Of a DNA stretch of 64,000 bases, positions 1-13,600 are shown piece after piece; the first letter of the stretch is position 1; every line of letters starts with the position of its first letter. Location of the stretch: positions 2,356,001 through 2,420,000 of the forward strand of contig CM102290.1 of the NCBI GenBank assembly GCA_046563655.1. Direction: 5' to 3'. The notes below the pieces were generated by a model, which was not told where the DNA came from, ran no database searches, and saw only the letters and a list, made by a program, of their open reading frames with translations. A program made the position numbers and the translations under genes. Origin of the DNA: Yuukianura sp. NJ FZ-2021. Lineage: Eukaryota.

Positions 1-1012
1 TGTGAGGAAGTTCGTGTCTTAAGACTTGTGCGAAGAAGGCAGGAGGATGATAGGCTGGGAACAGGGCTCAAATGCTGCCTTCTGCTGGCTCCTGCTCTGC
101 TGGAGAAAGTTCTCGTCCTGCCAAGTGTCATTTTTGGCTACAAACACTTTCTCAGTCTGCTTCTCCCGCTTTCACTTTAAAATTTCCTTCACTCTTTTGG
201 CGATTTTACTGAAAATGAGCTTTCACTTGCCCGAAACTTGGTTTGAGAATGTCTTCGATTTGTATTTTTTACCGAAATGCTTACATATTTAAGTCAACGT
301 TTTTTTTTTATTAATTTTTGCCACAATCTTGTTTTGTTTTGTTTTGTGGTTTTTTATTTGTTACTGATTGTGAGTTGTTATTTTTTGTATTGACAAAATG
401 GTTGGCGATTTTTTGGAATGAAAGAGCTGTGGAGAAGATTTTTCGAAATTTTGGAGCTTTGGAAGTCAATGGATTTTTTTTTGGATTCACAATGTGGTTA
501 GAATTTTGATTTGTTGATTCCATTTTTTTTGTTATGTTTATTTTTTTATGTTCGTTTCTTTTGTTTTTCGAAGTTCGAATTTGTAGTACCGATTTTGGAA
601 TGTTGTACAAACTTTTTTTTAAAGCAGTTGCATACTTGGCTTTCTCCGCTTTTTCTTTAGTCCAAGAAAAAGCACGGGAGGGTTGTTGAGAAGATGTATG
701 TATTTCCTTCGATTCCTCTTACTACTATCCTTTTGATCTCCCATTCTTCCAAGTTGTAAGAATGAGCTCTAATGCACTCCCAATTGCATCAGAATCCTCC
801 TCCTCTTGTAACAAAGACAACAGGCAACTGCATTCCCCACAACCACCGCTGTCTCTCCTTCCTTTTCACTCCAGAAATGTTCTCCTGAGCCAAAGAGACT
901 TTGTACTTTCTATTTTTATGTAGAACGACATCCCACCAACAGCCACAAATCTTCCGCCTTTGGATTTCCCCACTTTCTCTCCATACCAAGTGGGATCCAT
1001 TTCAAAAGTTCC

Positions 1013-1030
1013 CTCTCTCTCTCTCTCTCT
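1013..1030. repeat. (CT)9 microsatellite / GAGA element
   Basis: Read directly from the sequence. Confidence 0.9.
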
Positions 1031-1206
1031 CGGGAAGACGATAGGCGAAGGAGAGCGGGAGGATTTGAATGCTCGTTTACTTTATCATGTCTGTAGATCA
1101 ATGGATTTGGCCTTATTGAGCTAAAATATTGACAAATCAAAAACCTCTTTCAGACATAAACTACTTTCTTTGTTGTGCCCCTTCCAAGCTTTCCATGCTG
1201 TTTTTT

Positions 1207-1319
1207 ACAGCGGAAAAAATCACTGACTGTTTTTCATTTTATGATTTTCGAACAGTATTATAACAAAATACTGTTCGAAAATAGTGAAATGAAAAACATT
1301 TAGTAATTCTTCAGCGGTG
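1207..1319. repeat. Fold-back palindrome (MITE relic or hairpin RNA)
   Basis: 1228-1259 versus 1267-1298 are 29/32 complementary around a 7-nt loop. Degenerate pairing extends about 20 bp further on each side. Confidence 0.85.
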
Positions 1320-4300
1320 TGTTACTTATATTTGTGAAAAATTGGCGTCCAAACTATTTTTAAAAGAAAAAAAATTGTGTTAAAAAGTTGACTCATGTTC
1401 AGGGCAGTAGGTGAGAGGAAAGTTTAGGTCCAGGCGGAGTATTTCGGTTGTGACTTTTTTGGTGAAGGTTTTGAATTGGGGACGACGAGTCCTCCACACC
1501 TCAACTTCCCAATTAAGAATCTTAATTAATTTGTAAACTAATTAGTAATTAGTTTTCACTTAATTGAAATAATCGAGAAGTTAAGGCAGAGAGGGAGGCT
1601 GTGGTGTTGGTGCAGAAGGGGAAAATTGAGTTCAGGTGAAAGTTCACGATGAGTTCTCCTCTTCCTCCACAGTCGAACTTTCTCTTCCTCAATTCCTAAT
1701 GCTCTGATTGAGTGGTAGATGGCAGGTCGTTAGGTAAACTGAATTCGCCAAACACTCTTGATTCAAATACGAAAGAAACGCAAGAAGGTAGACATGATAA
1801 TAATTTCAACAGTCCATATAAGCAAGAAGTTGTGGTTTGTTTTGTTATTTTGTCTGTGGTTAGGGTCAAGATAGCTGTTTAGCAAAATGATGTTGGCCTG
1901 TTATGTTTTTGCCAGTATGATTTATAGCTAAACGGGTACTTTAGCAGTGCTTAGCGTGGAGGTTCTGACGAGGCAGAATGACAAATGAGGTCGTCAATAG
2001 TCAATGTGTCTCGTTGTTGTCTTGTCCAAGTCAACCAAGAGTGTGACAAATATTTGCACACAATGTTTGTCCATGTCTAAAGCCGTGTCAGCTATACGGT
2101 TGTGTTTAGCACGAAATTGAATTTCTTGAAAATGGCGAACTTTTATAGCCTAAATTGAGAAACTAAATTGAGAAAAGTAAGTAAAAATTTTACTTTAAAA
2201 TTTAGGAGGTTTGGAAAATTTAGATTTCCAAATTTTCAAAAATGAGTATGACTAGAGCGATTTAGTTTAAAAATTATGTTTTATTACTAAAGTTTATTAT
2301 ATTGCAAATCACATGTATATGTTGCAGGTTGACTGCCTGAAGGACTTTCATTTGAGGCCAATTAAAATTTCTCGAAAATGAGGTCACACCGATTTCAGCA
2401 AAAGGTAAGAACCGAAATTTCCTTATTCTCTTGCTTTGCTTTTCCATTTGCATTTGGAGTTGAGTTCTTAATGGGAAATCGGTTACACTTTGGGAGCTAT
2501 TCCTGTCATATGTCACTTTAGTTTCGTGTGTGTCACCAAAAAGTGTTCTGGGCTCCAGATTTGAATCTAACGAAAACTTTTGAGCCTCATAATTAATAAA
2601 TTAAACGTTAGTTTTGGACATGTTTATCGCTTGGTTGCATGCATTGGTCTTTAGCGTTTCAAGGAAAACGCCAGTTGAACTTGTCCGTTTTTGAGTCGTG
2701 CTGCTCTGATTCAAATCTGATTGAAGGGAGAGTGGTTTTTCAAAAATCAATTTTTGAGATTTTCAAAACAATGAAATTTGGAGTTTAAGGGGTTTCAAAA
2801 CTGAGGGTGGACAGTTTTCCGAAATTTTTCTTTTGGGTTGGAAGATTTTTCAAAAATCTATTTGGAACATAGCTTGGTTCCCTTGGGATCCACAGTGAAA
2901 CGGGGGCGGGGATTGATGAATTGTTGAGGGGCGAAGAAGAAAGTGACAAAGAGAGAAGACAACTGTTTCTTGGCTTTCACTTTTGATGATCCTACTTTTG
3001 AAGCGAGACTTTTTAAACTTTGATAACTTAAGTTTTTGGCGGGAGTGTTAGAGGGAGGAAGATGGTTCTTGTTTCTTAGTTTGAGAGTGTCGTTTTCCAA
3101 AGTTTGTGTTTGAACAAGGGAGGTAGGGAGAGGGAGTACTTATTTACTTACTTTTGGAAGGAAGAAAGTACTTTCTCCAAAGATTTATCAAGATCAAAGA
3201 GGATATCTGCGGAGTGAAGGGAATGGAGGAGTCAGTGGAGGCTTGTAGCTTCTGAAGTCGCTTATGGAATTATAATCAGGAATAAAATTTACACATAAAT
3301 TTTAACCAAAAAAGTCAAACAGAGGGAGGAGGCGGGAAAAGTTAAAAGTGGGGTCTGAAACACCTTGTACTTAAATGACTTTCATCTTGAAAGAGAGCCC
3401 ACTTCGGAATAGGTCTCCTGCATACTTGATTTTGATCTATTTTCTCCATTTCTTAAAATGTCACCACTCCAAGTTCCGAGGTAGTTTGCTCCAAAGGAGT
3501 TCATTGATATGCTACCAACACTTTCTTTCTCCTTCCAACTTGAGCTAGACCAATTTCCACTACCTGATGCATATTACTGTACTTTTATAGTCACAAAGTT
3601 AGGGGGTTAGCGATTGTCCTGCTTTTGGAGAATTGAGGTTTGAGTTGCGTTTGCGTAGGTGCAATTTTTTGCAACAAGCTCAAAAACGTTTGCAAATTGT
3701 GTTGTGAGTGTGATGATTTGGTTTTAGTTTGATGCTCAAAGTTGATTTGAGATGAGAACGCTGACTAGCGGAGAAAGTGGTGAAAGTTTTAAAAGAGAGA
3801 GAGAGAGACGGAAGAGCAGAGAAATCAGATGGATTTAGATTGGAAATTTTAGGGTAGTGGGCACTGGATGTTCAACTTGTTGGAAAGGGTATAGGCTAGG
3901 CACAGAAATTCAAAAAATATGATTTTTTTTGGCATTTTGTCACATTACATAAAATTGTTAAACAAAATTTTACTTTTTTCTGTGCAAAATTTTTGTGTTT
4001 TTAAAAAGTGTTTAGAAGATGGAAAAAGTTTGCAAAATTGAATTCGTGAAAATTTTCGTTTTTGGAATATCTTTTTATATTCAATTGGGTTGTTATACTT
4101 TGTCTATTTTTAGAAGGCGGTTTTCAAATTTGAAAAAATTTCAGTCTCCTTATGGACCGTTAACATAGAAATTATCAATTTTGTGAAATTTTGTATACAA
4201 ACCTAATGGAGAAAGTGTTTTTCAAAAACTGAGTTTTGCCATAAGCGTCGCAATGGAAGCGAAAAAATCAACGAAACAAACCCGCCTTCTTAAAATAGAC

Positions 4301-7300
4301 AAACTATAATGAAACTGGAGAAAGTTGTGAAATTTTTCTTTTTTGATTTTTTTTTTCGCTGGAATTTTGTTTTTGGAAAAAAAAATTTTTTTTTTCTCGA
4401 AAATTTTTTTTTTGTGCAGAAATAGTTGTCTGTGGCAGTGGCAATACACGACAGGCTAAGAAATGATTTCTCGTAATCTACGACCCAGAAGACGGAAGGA
4501 ATGGAGAGAAGTTTCTCCCTCCTGACGGCATTTTGAAATCGGTCTCTGAGAAAAGAGCGGGAGAGAGAGCCTCAATCCTTCCGAAAGGAATAATATATGC
4601 TAAGAGCCTTTGGAATATTGTCAAATGAAATATGACATTTCCCCATTCGTCGTCTCCAAATTCAAAATCCACCGCCCCCAAACGCCCAGACTCCAAAACC
4701 CTCCAAATCTTAGTCAAATCGTCCCACAAAGTCTCCTTGTCTCCCCCCTCCCTTCTTTCTTGTCATAATCCTCTGCCTAGGCTTAGAGTCAGTAGGAATT
4801 CAACGGTGAAAAATCGCTTTCACCCAACCACAATAGCCAAAAGCTCGCCCAAGAAAATGGTTTTTAGGACAAAGTTATACGCTAAAGCATTCGGTGCAGA
4901 GAGAGGGAATTTTCGAAGTTTCGTCTTAAGGCGGCTCTTTTTTTTAGCTCAATGCTCAATCCTCATTTCTCTTGTTCTCCTCAATCTCTGGTAGTTATGT
5001 TGTGGAAAGTTCAAATTTTGAGTCTTTCCCCGCTTTCACCCTCTGCCAATATCCAAATCAACTAGGGAATGAGTCAAATTGGTTGGACAGCGCAGCGACG
5101 GAACCATTTTTCAGATTTGTTCTTCTACGGTTGGATTTTTTGTTTTGAATTTTTTGACATTTCAGTTAAGTCGTGGTCGAAATCTTGAATTTCTCCTCTT
5201 CCGCTTTGTTGCTCAGCACAATTTTTTTTTTTTTTTGGAATTTTGGAAATTTAACGTTCTTCTTTTGGAATTCAGAGTGCAATATTATGGTTTATGCATT
5301 TTTAAGTTTGGCACATCATTGCAATGTTTTTCAGAGAAGTTGACCTTTCCTGAAATTTTGTTGTAGAAAATCTGTGTTTTTCTGTTACTGTTGTTATGGA
5401 TTTGAGTTTAAGGTTATGTTTTGCGTAGGGAGACCGTCCCGAAGCAGAAGACGATGCGAAAGCCTTGGCTTTAATGAGGTGATTTATCGGCATCAAAAGA
5501 CTGGAGAGAGGAGAGATACTTATGGGTTCCATCGGCGGATGATTCGAAGGGGGGAAAGCTGCTTCCTTCACAAAAAGCGGTGGCGGGAAATATGAAATGT
5601 GAATTTTGAAATGGGCGGCTGGAGAAGAAAGGCCTGCTTCATATTTACGGAAATCAAGTGAGCGTCATGGGACGAAAGAGAACGAGATCCATTACAATGC
5701 AACATTTGCATCTTGTCGCTTCCAAATCTCTCGACACAAGAATGAACAACTCAAAAAAAAAGTTTTAAACTTTCCGAGGCCTATTAGCCATTGATTTCTT
5801 TTTTTATTTTGGAAAAACAGCGACAGCGGAGCGACGGCGTCGCTTTTTGAGCGTAGTGTCTTAAATTATTGACAATATTTTTGCATGAGTCATCCGGATT
5901 CTGGTTTTTATCCTGTTGGACGCATTTCACTTTTTATGCTCAGCTATTCATCCACTCGAATGAAAAAATATTCAATGCGTTCCAAAGTTGACGTTTTTCG
6001 AAAGAAAGAAAAAGATTTTCGGTTTTTACGTTTCTTTTTGTTGTCTTAATTTTGGAGCTGATGCTCCAGTGAATTGTAAAGGATGGGAAAGTTTTCATTC
6101 CTTTTTATTGTAGGTTTTTCAAAAGTTTCACCTTTTTCTGAAGAAAACATAAAATGAATAGAAATTTTTTCTTTTTGGAAATTTTTGGAGGGCGGAGAAA
6201 GCTATGGGTTTTATCGTAACAATTTTAAGGTGAAAAGTCATTTTTTTGAAAAGAAAACTTTTTCGAAACAAAAGGACTTGTGAGATGATGAGTCGTTTTA
6301 TTTTATGTTTCGTGTGTCTTTTCTTCTAACTTTCTCTTCTAGTTTCAACTTGATCTCATTTCCTCTAAATTATCTTCTTCTTGCTCCACAAAGTAAGGAC
6401 TGTGAGTTCCGCTTTTTCAAAAATAGTTATTTCAAATTTTCCAAAGTTTTTTTTTGGAGGCAAATGGACTCAATTAGAATTGGGTTGCGAGAATTTCGAC
6501 TTTCTCTTAGTTTAAGTTAGTTTGGGAACAGGAGGAAATGGAGGGTGTATCTGGTGTACTTATCTGTCTGAATATAAATAATTGCTTATCAGGCTCCAGG
6601 ACCAAAACTGTTGGAAAAAAGTTTTTCCATTTGGAATTTTCTCTTTTTCCCGCGTCTTTTTAGTTTCGGTGAAAGTAGAATTTTTTGGAGTTGCCCTCGT
6701 TTTAAAAACCTCCGGTTAATTAATATTGCAATTAAAAGGAAGAGAGGTAGAGAGATAACCTTCCTCCTCCTCCTCCTCTTCCGTACCCGTTGAACGAGGT
6801 AAATAAATTTAAAAAAAATCCCGCTCTTTTTTTTTAAAGAAAAGTGGAGGGTGAGATGACAGAAAGTGGCTGGGCTGAGTAAAGGAGGTCTCTTCACTTT
6901 CTCCTGGAAGGAATTAACAACTTACCTTCTTCTGACAGCCACAAGTGGGTTGGAAAGGTAACTTTCACTTTCCCGCCCTTTTCAATTTAAATCTAACACA
7001 CGTATTACCGCCCAAGCCAAACAGATATTGTTGTTACTCCATTTGTTTTCAATTATTTAAGCTTGCTTAAAGTAATCGAAAGACTAATCTTGTGAATTTT
7101 GGTTTGATTTTTGATTCGGAAAAATTGTTCTTGCTTAAGACACATATTAAGATAGCTGAGAGAAATTTCGGAAAAGAATTTTTTTAAAAAAAATCTTTTT
7201 TTTTTTTTTTGGTGAAAGCAGATATTGTGTCCAACCAGCAAACAAATAGGCGGCACGCAACAAATATATTTTCAAATTTGTTTTGGCTATTGAAATTTCA

Positions 7301-10300
7301 TGAATGCGATTTTCCCATACTTTCTTTTTTTAGTACTTTCTCCCTACACTGCCCTTCTCTAGCCAAAATTTACGAGCACGTGAAGTTTTCTCCTCCGCCC
7401 TTAACATTCACTTTGTATATGTTTACAAGGAAGAAAAGGAGTGGGAAGATTTGAATGGGGAATAGGAGTGCGGTTCCTTTTTTGAAAAGAAAGTTAAGAG
7501 TAATGGCAGGATTTCATGTTGTACGTATAACAAAAGGGAGAATTTGAATTGAAATTGAACCAATTGAGGAGGCGGGAGTTAGAGAGTATAAGGCAGAGGG
7601 ATCTTTGATGGCCTTCGGAGGCGGATAATGATCCGCTCCGTTGCTTTTTAATCTATTGAGATCCTGCTTGTCTCCGCTCTTCTCCTTCTTAAGAAAGTGT
7701 TGACAAAGTGGAAGAGTTTGGGCGGGAGGGAATTTTGAAATCGGGAGAAAGTGGCGGGAGGAAGAAGGGGGAAAATGGACCTTGGGAAAGGGATTAATTC
7801 AGTGCGGTTAATTTCCATTGATTATTCACTGGGGTGGGGGAGGGGGTATCGCTATTATTTCTCCTTGTGCGTTGCACAATGTAGGAGAAGGGGGGGGGGA
7901 CTTCGAATGAATATTTAAGGGAGGAGTGTAATATCCTTTTTGACTTAAAATATTATAATCAGGGGGAGGATTTGGAAGTTTCGAAAGGGGGGTGGGGAGG
8001 TCCATCATTAATTTAGACTCATTCCCTACTCGTTAGTTCTTCTCTCTCTCCTATCTTTTTGGCGGGAGTGAGATATCCCAAGAGGGGCAAACTGGCTGGT
8101 TTCTCTCGCTTTCTCTTTTGCTCGTGTTCTGAGAGATGCTTGTGTAGAGCAAACCACTTTTATCGAAGGATAAAGTTACGAAAAAATATTAGAGTCGGAA
8201 AAGGCGGGCATTTGAAACTGCTGAGGGAATTTCAGGAGTGAAACAAAAATGATTTCAGTTGGTAGGTAACATGGACGATTTTTGGAAATTTTTAAAAATG
8301 TAGTTTTTTTTTAAACCCAGTTTTTTCCATTTTCGCTGAGGTTGTTGTCGCAGGTTTTGACGTGTTGAACTGAACTTTAGTCAAGTTTGGAAGTGAAAGT
8401 CGTGGAATCAGGTTTGCTCATGGAAAAAGTAGGAAATGGTGCTGAGATGCTTTTTTCCGTTTCTAATGACATGATAGGAAGAGATCTTTCTTTGCCTCTG
8501 GCAACTCCAAGACTTTCCAACCGAAGAGCAACAAGCCTCCAAATGAAGATGAAGGAGGAAAGGCGGGAGTGCAATTAAAAATTTTTCAAAAAAAAAATGT
8601 AATTCCCAGGGAGAAAGAAGAAGAAGGGCTTGGTTGCTTTTGGACTAACGTTGGAAATGGGCTCAAGCTCCAAAAGCTTTGGGTTTCATTAATATTCGAT
8701 GGGCCTCCGGATGATAATTAGTCGATTCCGTCCGCCTATCCTTATCTAAGGCTCAACCGCCCCATAGTTACTTCCTCCACGAGATCTCATCTCTTCAACT
8801 CCCCACCCCCACCCACCTCTTGGAAAAAGCGACGGGGGGAGGGGGATTTTATTTCAAATTTCAAATCGTCCCGCTTCTCTCTCCTCCTTATCTCCTATTT
8901 TTCTAATTAATTTGAGAGTCCCCCTCCATAACTCCATGGCTCCAAGCTCTCATCCCGCATCTGCATCTTTTCTCTCTTCTTCAAAAAAGTTCAACTTTCC
9001 CGCTTTCCTCGCTTTCTCAAATTCCTTGGAAGGATTTTCTTACTTTTTGAAATGTCGCTCCTCTTTTGCGGTGTCGACTCTAACCTTTCTCCATTCCAAT
9101 CACCGTATCGGTTTAACACTTTAACCAAAGTCAAAACAGCCAAAAGTTGGAGGTGTGAAATTAACTTTTTGAAGAAGCCCGCCTCCACAAGAACCGCTTT
9201 TCTAGATATGGTTGACTAGTACACTGTAAAGGATACTTGTGACCTGGAAATTATGAGAAACTTTCACCACAACAAAGAGAAAGTGGTGACTTGATGGTTT
9301 AAGTTGATGCGGCGTGACAAGGATCAGATCACAAAGTGATTTTGACACCTCTACTCTTGGAATGTGTCAAAGTGACATACTTAAAGTGTTTCGTTTGGAG
9401 TTTGGACACTAAAATTTGTGGTTTTTTAGCAATGGGAATATGATTCGAATTTTTATAAGTGTTATGAATAATATTTTAGATTTATAGTTCAAGTTTTGTT
9501 TTAAAAGAGAACGTTTGAAGCGTCACGAATTGAAATCGACAATAATTTTGGGAAAATTTTTGTTCCGAAGTATGAAAATTTTAGGTGCTGTTTGATATTT
9601 GGACGATTTTTTTTTTTGCAAATCCTACTCCTCGCACGCCTATGTTTGTGGAAGTGAGGCTATGGAGAAAGGTTTTTCTGTGCAGATCAAAGGCCTGTTG
9701 ATGATATGTATATTTGGATACGGCGGAGAGATGGCGCCAGTCAACCAAAGCTTGAATTCAAACCAAAGCCCGCGTTTAGTTCAAGCCAATTCCTACTTTT
9801 TCAAACTTTTTCAAATTGAGGTGAACGCTTTTTCACCGTTTTTTTTACTGTTTAAAATAAGGTGATCTTTGAATTGGAAAATGATCTCTCAGGCTTTTTT
9901 TTTTGAAAAGAAAGAAAAAATTCTGTGTAGGTGTTCTAATTACGTGCACACTGCTCTGTTGATGTTATTAAGGTAGAAGTGGAAACAGGTTTGAATCTGC
10001 TGGAGTTGAAAACATTTTGTTTTGATTGTTATGCTGAGGAGTTCCTGTTGTTCTTTTGATTGGATCCAGGAGATGATTTTTTTAAAAGCGGGATTTGATT
10101 TGCAGTGTCTGTCATTAGGCCTTCAAGACTGAGGCTCCTTTCTCCACCTCCATGTCAGGAGTCATAATTCCCCCCAGGGGTAGTCATGTCACTCCGACTC
10201 ACTCTCAAGAAAATAGGCTCAATTAAACGTATGCTACTAACTTACATTTTCAATCCATTAGAACCACAAACTTAAAATATCATTTGAGATTTTTAAATTT

Positions 10301-10657
10301 TTATTTCTTAGAAATCGTAAATTTCTGAGGAGTGAGTAAAATTCAAAGGGAGAAGGGAATTGAGTGATTAAAATCAGGTTGATTGATAATAGGAAAATTG
10401 CGGAATGGTAACAAAAGGTTTAGAGGGAAATCTCCTTTGATTCCTTAAGCGGAAGTGTCCCGCAGAGCAAGTGGACAATTTCTCATGCTCTGCTTGACAG
10501 GGTAATGAGGCCCCAATTGGATTTCCCGCGATTATTCCAATGGTAAGCTCTCCAGTTCAATTGGTTCCATTCCGTTATTAAACTGATGATGGGAAATAAG
10601 CGAGAGGAGATATGGGGATTTTAGTTTGAATTTGGCGGGAAAAAGGGTACTTGAATT

Positions 10658-10673
10658 TCAAGGTCATTGACCT
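10658..10673. promoter_or_regulatory. Perfect IR1 (EcR/USP-type) element AGGTCA-T-TGACCT overlapping an FTZ-F1-type TCAAGGTCA
   Basis: Exact match to both consensus sequences. Function is untested. Confidence 0.55.
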
Positions 10674-13600
10674 CCTTGAACTAAAGGTTTTTCAACAAGA
10701 GGTTTTTATAAAGGAATTGGTTCATTGATGTTTGAAAAAAAAAGTTAAGTGGAAACCTCCGGCATCATTACTGCTTTCACTTTGACCGATTTGGAATTCG
10801 TTAGCTGCATTTCAAAAATTCTGTGAGTTGGAAACCCAAATAAATTCGATAAATTATGAAAATCTTCTAATTTTGTCTTTTTCTTCTTGAATTAGGAAGG
10901 GATTCGATAAAGTATGAAAATTTTTGGAATTTTGGTTAACGCTTTATTGATGAAATTTTTGTAATGTTATATTGGACGAGGTTAGTATTTTAAGACATGT
11001 TTTTTTTAAATTGTAGCCGCGTCTTGTCACTTTCTTGTCAAACTGTGATAGGAATCGGGGGGATGGTTGGTGGGGCTGACTAAAGTTGTAATTTGAAATT
11101 TCGGCGGGCTGTGCGGCCTGGAGTGAAGCTATTACTTCGGTTTGCTGGTCTTTTGAGGTCCGTTGTGTGATTGAGTGATAGGTGTGGGGTTGGCCTATGA
11201 TTTCCTATGGCGGAGATACCCACTTGTCAAGTATCCATGACAGCTGATTAGACAGAAGACCCATGGGGTTACCTCTGTACCCGAGGAAATGTAACTTCAA
11301 CTGTAGGCTAACCATGGACCAGGAGACTGGCAGGCAGCCGCCGACCTTTTGACACTGGCCTCTCCACGGACAACAGCCCAAGACAAATGTCTCCCTCTCT
11401 TTCTGCCCCAAAATTCAATCTCTCCCGCTTCTACTTTTCAAATCATGGTACTAGTACCTAAAACAATCATTTCTGATTTAAACCCAATGGGCACCATCTA
11501 AAAATTACTAATCAGGAAACGTTTTCACTTTTTTTTAAAGTTATGACTCTAATCCATTGAGTTGTGCTGCTGCTGAGTATAAAAACCAGTTTTTTTTTAA
11601 AAAAAAAACTCTCTGCCAACAGCCGGATTTTTTTGATCCACTCTTATGTTTTCCAGTCGAATTTGAAATATCCAAAAATCTCCCGCTCCTTTTTACTGGA
11701 AGAACAAATGGGTTTGATATGAATTATTCATTTTAAACGAAAAAACAGGCAAGATTTTTCAAAATGCCCAAACTCTCCCGTGTGGTCGTTCCGTTTTTTG
11801 AAAAAAGTTGCTCATACCCAAAAATAACCTTGGTCTTTTTTTTATTTCACTAATGGACGTGTGTCTCCACTTGTCAAACTTCGTTTTAGTTCAAAATGAG
11901 ACTTTTTCATGCGTTTATTGGTGATTTGAACTGTGGGTGACGAGGTGAAAGGTCAATGGGAGGTCAGGAATTGGGTAATGCTAGGTTTTCATTTTTTCGA
12001 AGAAGAAATTCTGGGTGAGTTTGGAAATGAGAGGATTTGGGGAGGAGAAAGTGGAGAAATGTTTGTGTCTGGTGGGCACGTGGCTTGTGGAAGATGTTGT
12101 CTAGAGCAGAGAGACTTGTGCCTTTGTTAATTGTAAGGAAATGCTTATTATTTACTTCCTTTCATAAGAAGTATTTGTTCTTTGAAGTAGTTGAGTCCAC
12201 TTTCTGGAAGTTTTCCTGGAACTTGGTTCAATAGAAGATGAAAGGGATTCCTTGGGTTCCTCCTTTCACTTTGTCTTTTGACAACAACAGTTCCAAAGAT
12301 CTGATGGAAATCCAGGAAGGATTTGGAATTTCTTTCAACAAATCCTGCTCAAATATTTCCGTTTTTCCCCGACAATCTTTTTTTTAAGATTTCAGGATTT
12401 CACAAAAATTCTTTACTCAATTCTCTCTTCTTCCACACAGTTGGCTTCGAGCGTGGCAAATTCTTTGGTTTCCATTTTGTGCAGTTTTGCTTGATTCTAA
12501 TTGTAGGTTAGGTTTAAAAAACACATGATTTTAATCAGTGTGGATTTTACTCAAGTTTGGAAAGTGTTTGAGAGACTAAATAAAGCGGGAGTTATTCGGA
12601 AGTGGGGTGAAAGTGGCCGTGGATTTATGGTCAGGATGGGAAGTTCTCCCTTTGTTTTATACTCAATTCATCTGGGATGTTGATCATTGGAGTTGGGAAT
12701 TGGGACTTTCTTAGATGCCACTACAGTTTCTAAGCCAAAGCGGGGGTGGGGAGGAGGGGGCGGTCGGGGGTGGGGATGATGCATGTTGATGGGCCAAGTA
12801 CAGAGGGACTAGGAGTGCTTCCGAAATAGTGAAATGCTTTTAAAATAAAGGAACCATTAAGGACGGCGGGAAAGAGACAATGGCGGATCCTGGGAACTGA
12901 AGAGGATGTTGAGTCACAACAGAACGAAAGAGTCCCACCTTGTCGTGGGGCATTAAATCCAGGAAAGAAGACAAAGGGAGCCACCCACGGATTGGGTAGT
13001 GGAAATGTTTGGATTTGAAGCTGATGAAAGTGATCAAATGATCTTTCTTTTTGAGATTTTAAAAATATGAAAAGAAGAAAAAGAAAAAGTTGAGACAGGA
13101 TTCTTGCGGGTGCTGCTGGAAGCTGATCCGGTACTGGCCAAAAAAGAAAAAGTAAAAAAAGTACCAAATCCTTCTTAAATCGGCGACGACAGGCTTATAA
13201 TAATGATTTATCAAAACTTTTCTTTTCTTTGGTACATTTTTTGTTGGTTTTAGCTGTATTTTAGGTTTTGGCCTTGTATAAAAAATGTCTTTAGGACTGA
13301 AAGAGGAGGCGGTGGTTTGAAAATGACGATTTTTCAATTGTTGGATATTGAAATCCGACCGCAGGGTTTTTCAAAACCCAAAAGCTAGCTGCTAGCTATG
13401 GACCGAACTTTTTTTTGAAAAAGGAAAAGTGGGATTAGGTTCTGTCTTATTTTTTGTACGGCGCAGAAGCGACTTTTTTTTATTCGGATTTATTTTTGCG
13501 ATAAAACATTGCTCGACCTTGAAGCAGTTGTTTTTCGAGAGATAAATTTAAAAAAAAAATTTGTTGACTGAATTTTCGAATTTTAAAAATTTCGACTTTT

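Noticed and set aside
2328..2404. 77-nt segment with good acceptor and donor sites
   Set aside because: It has stops in all three frames, so it could only be a UTR exon, and there is no evidence for that.
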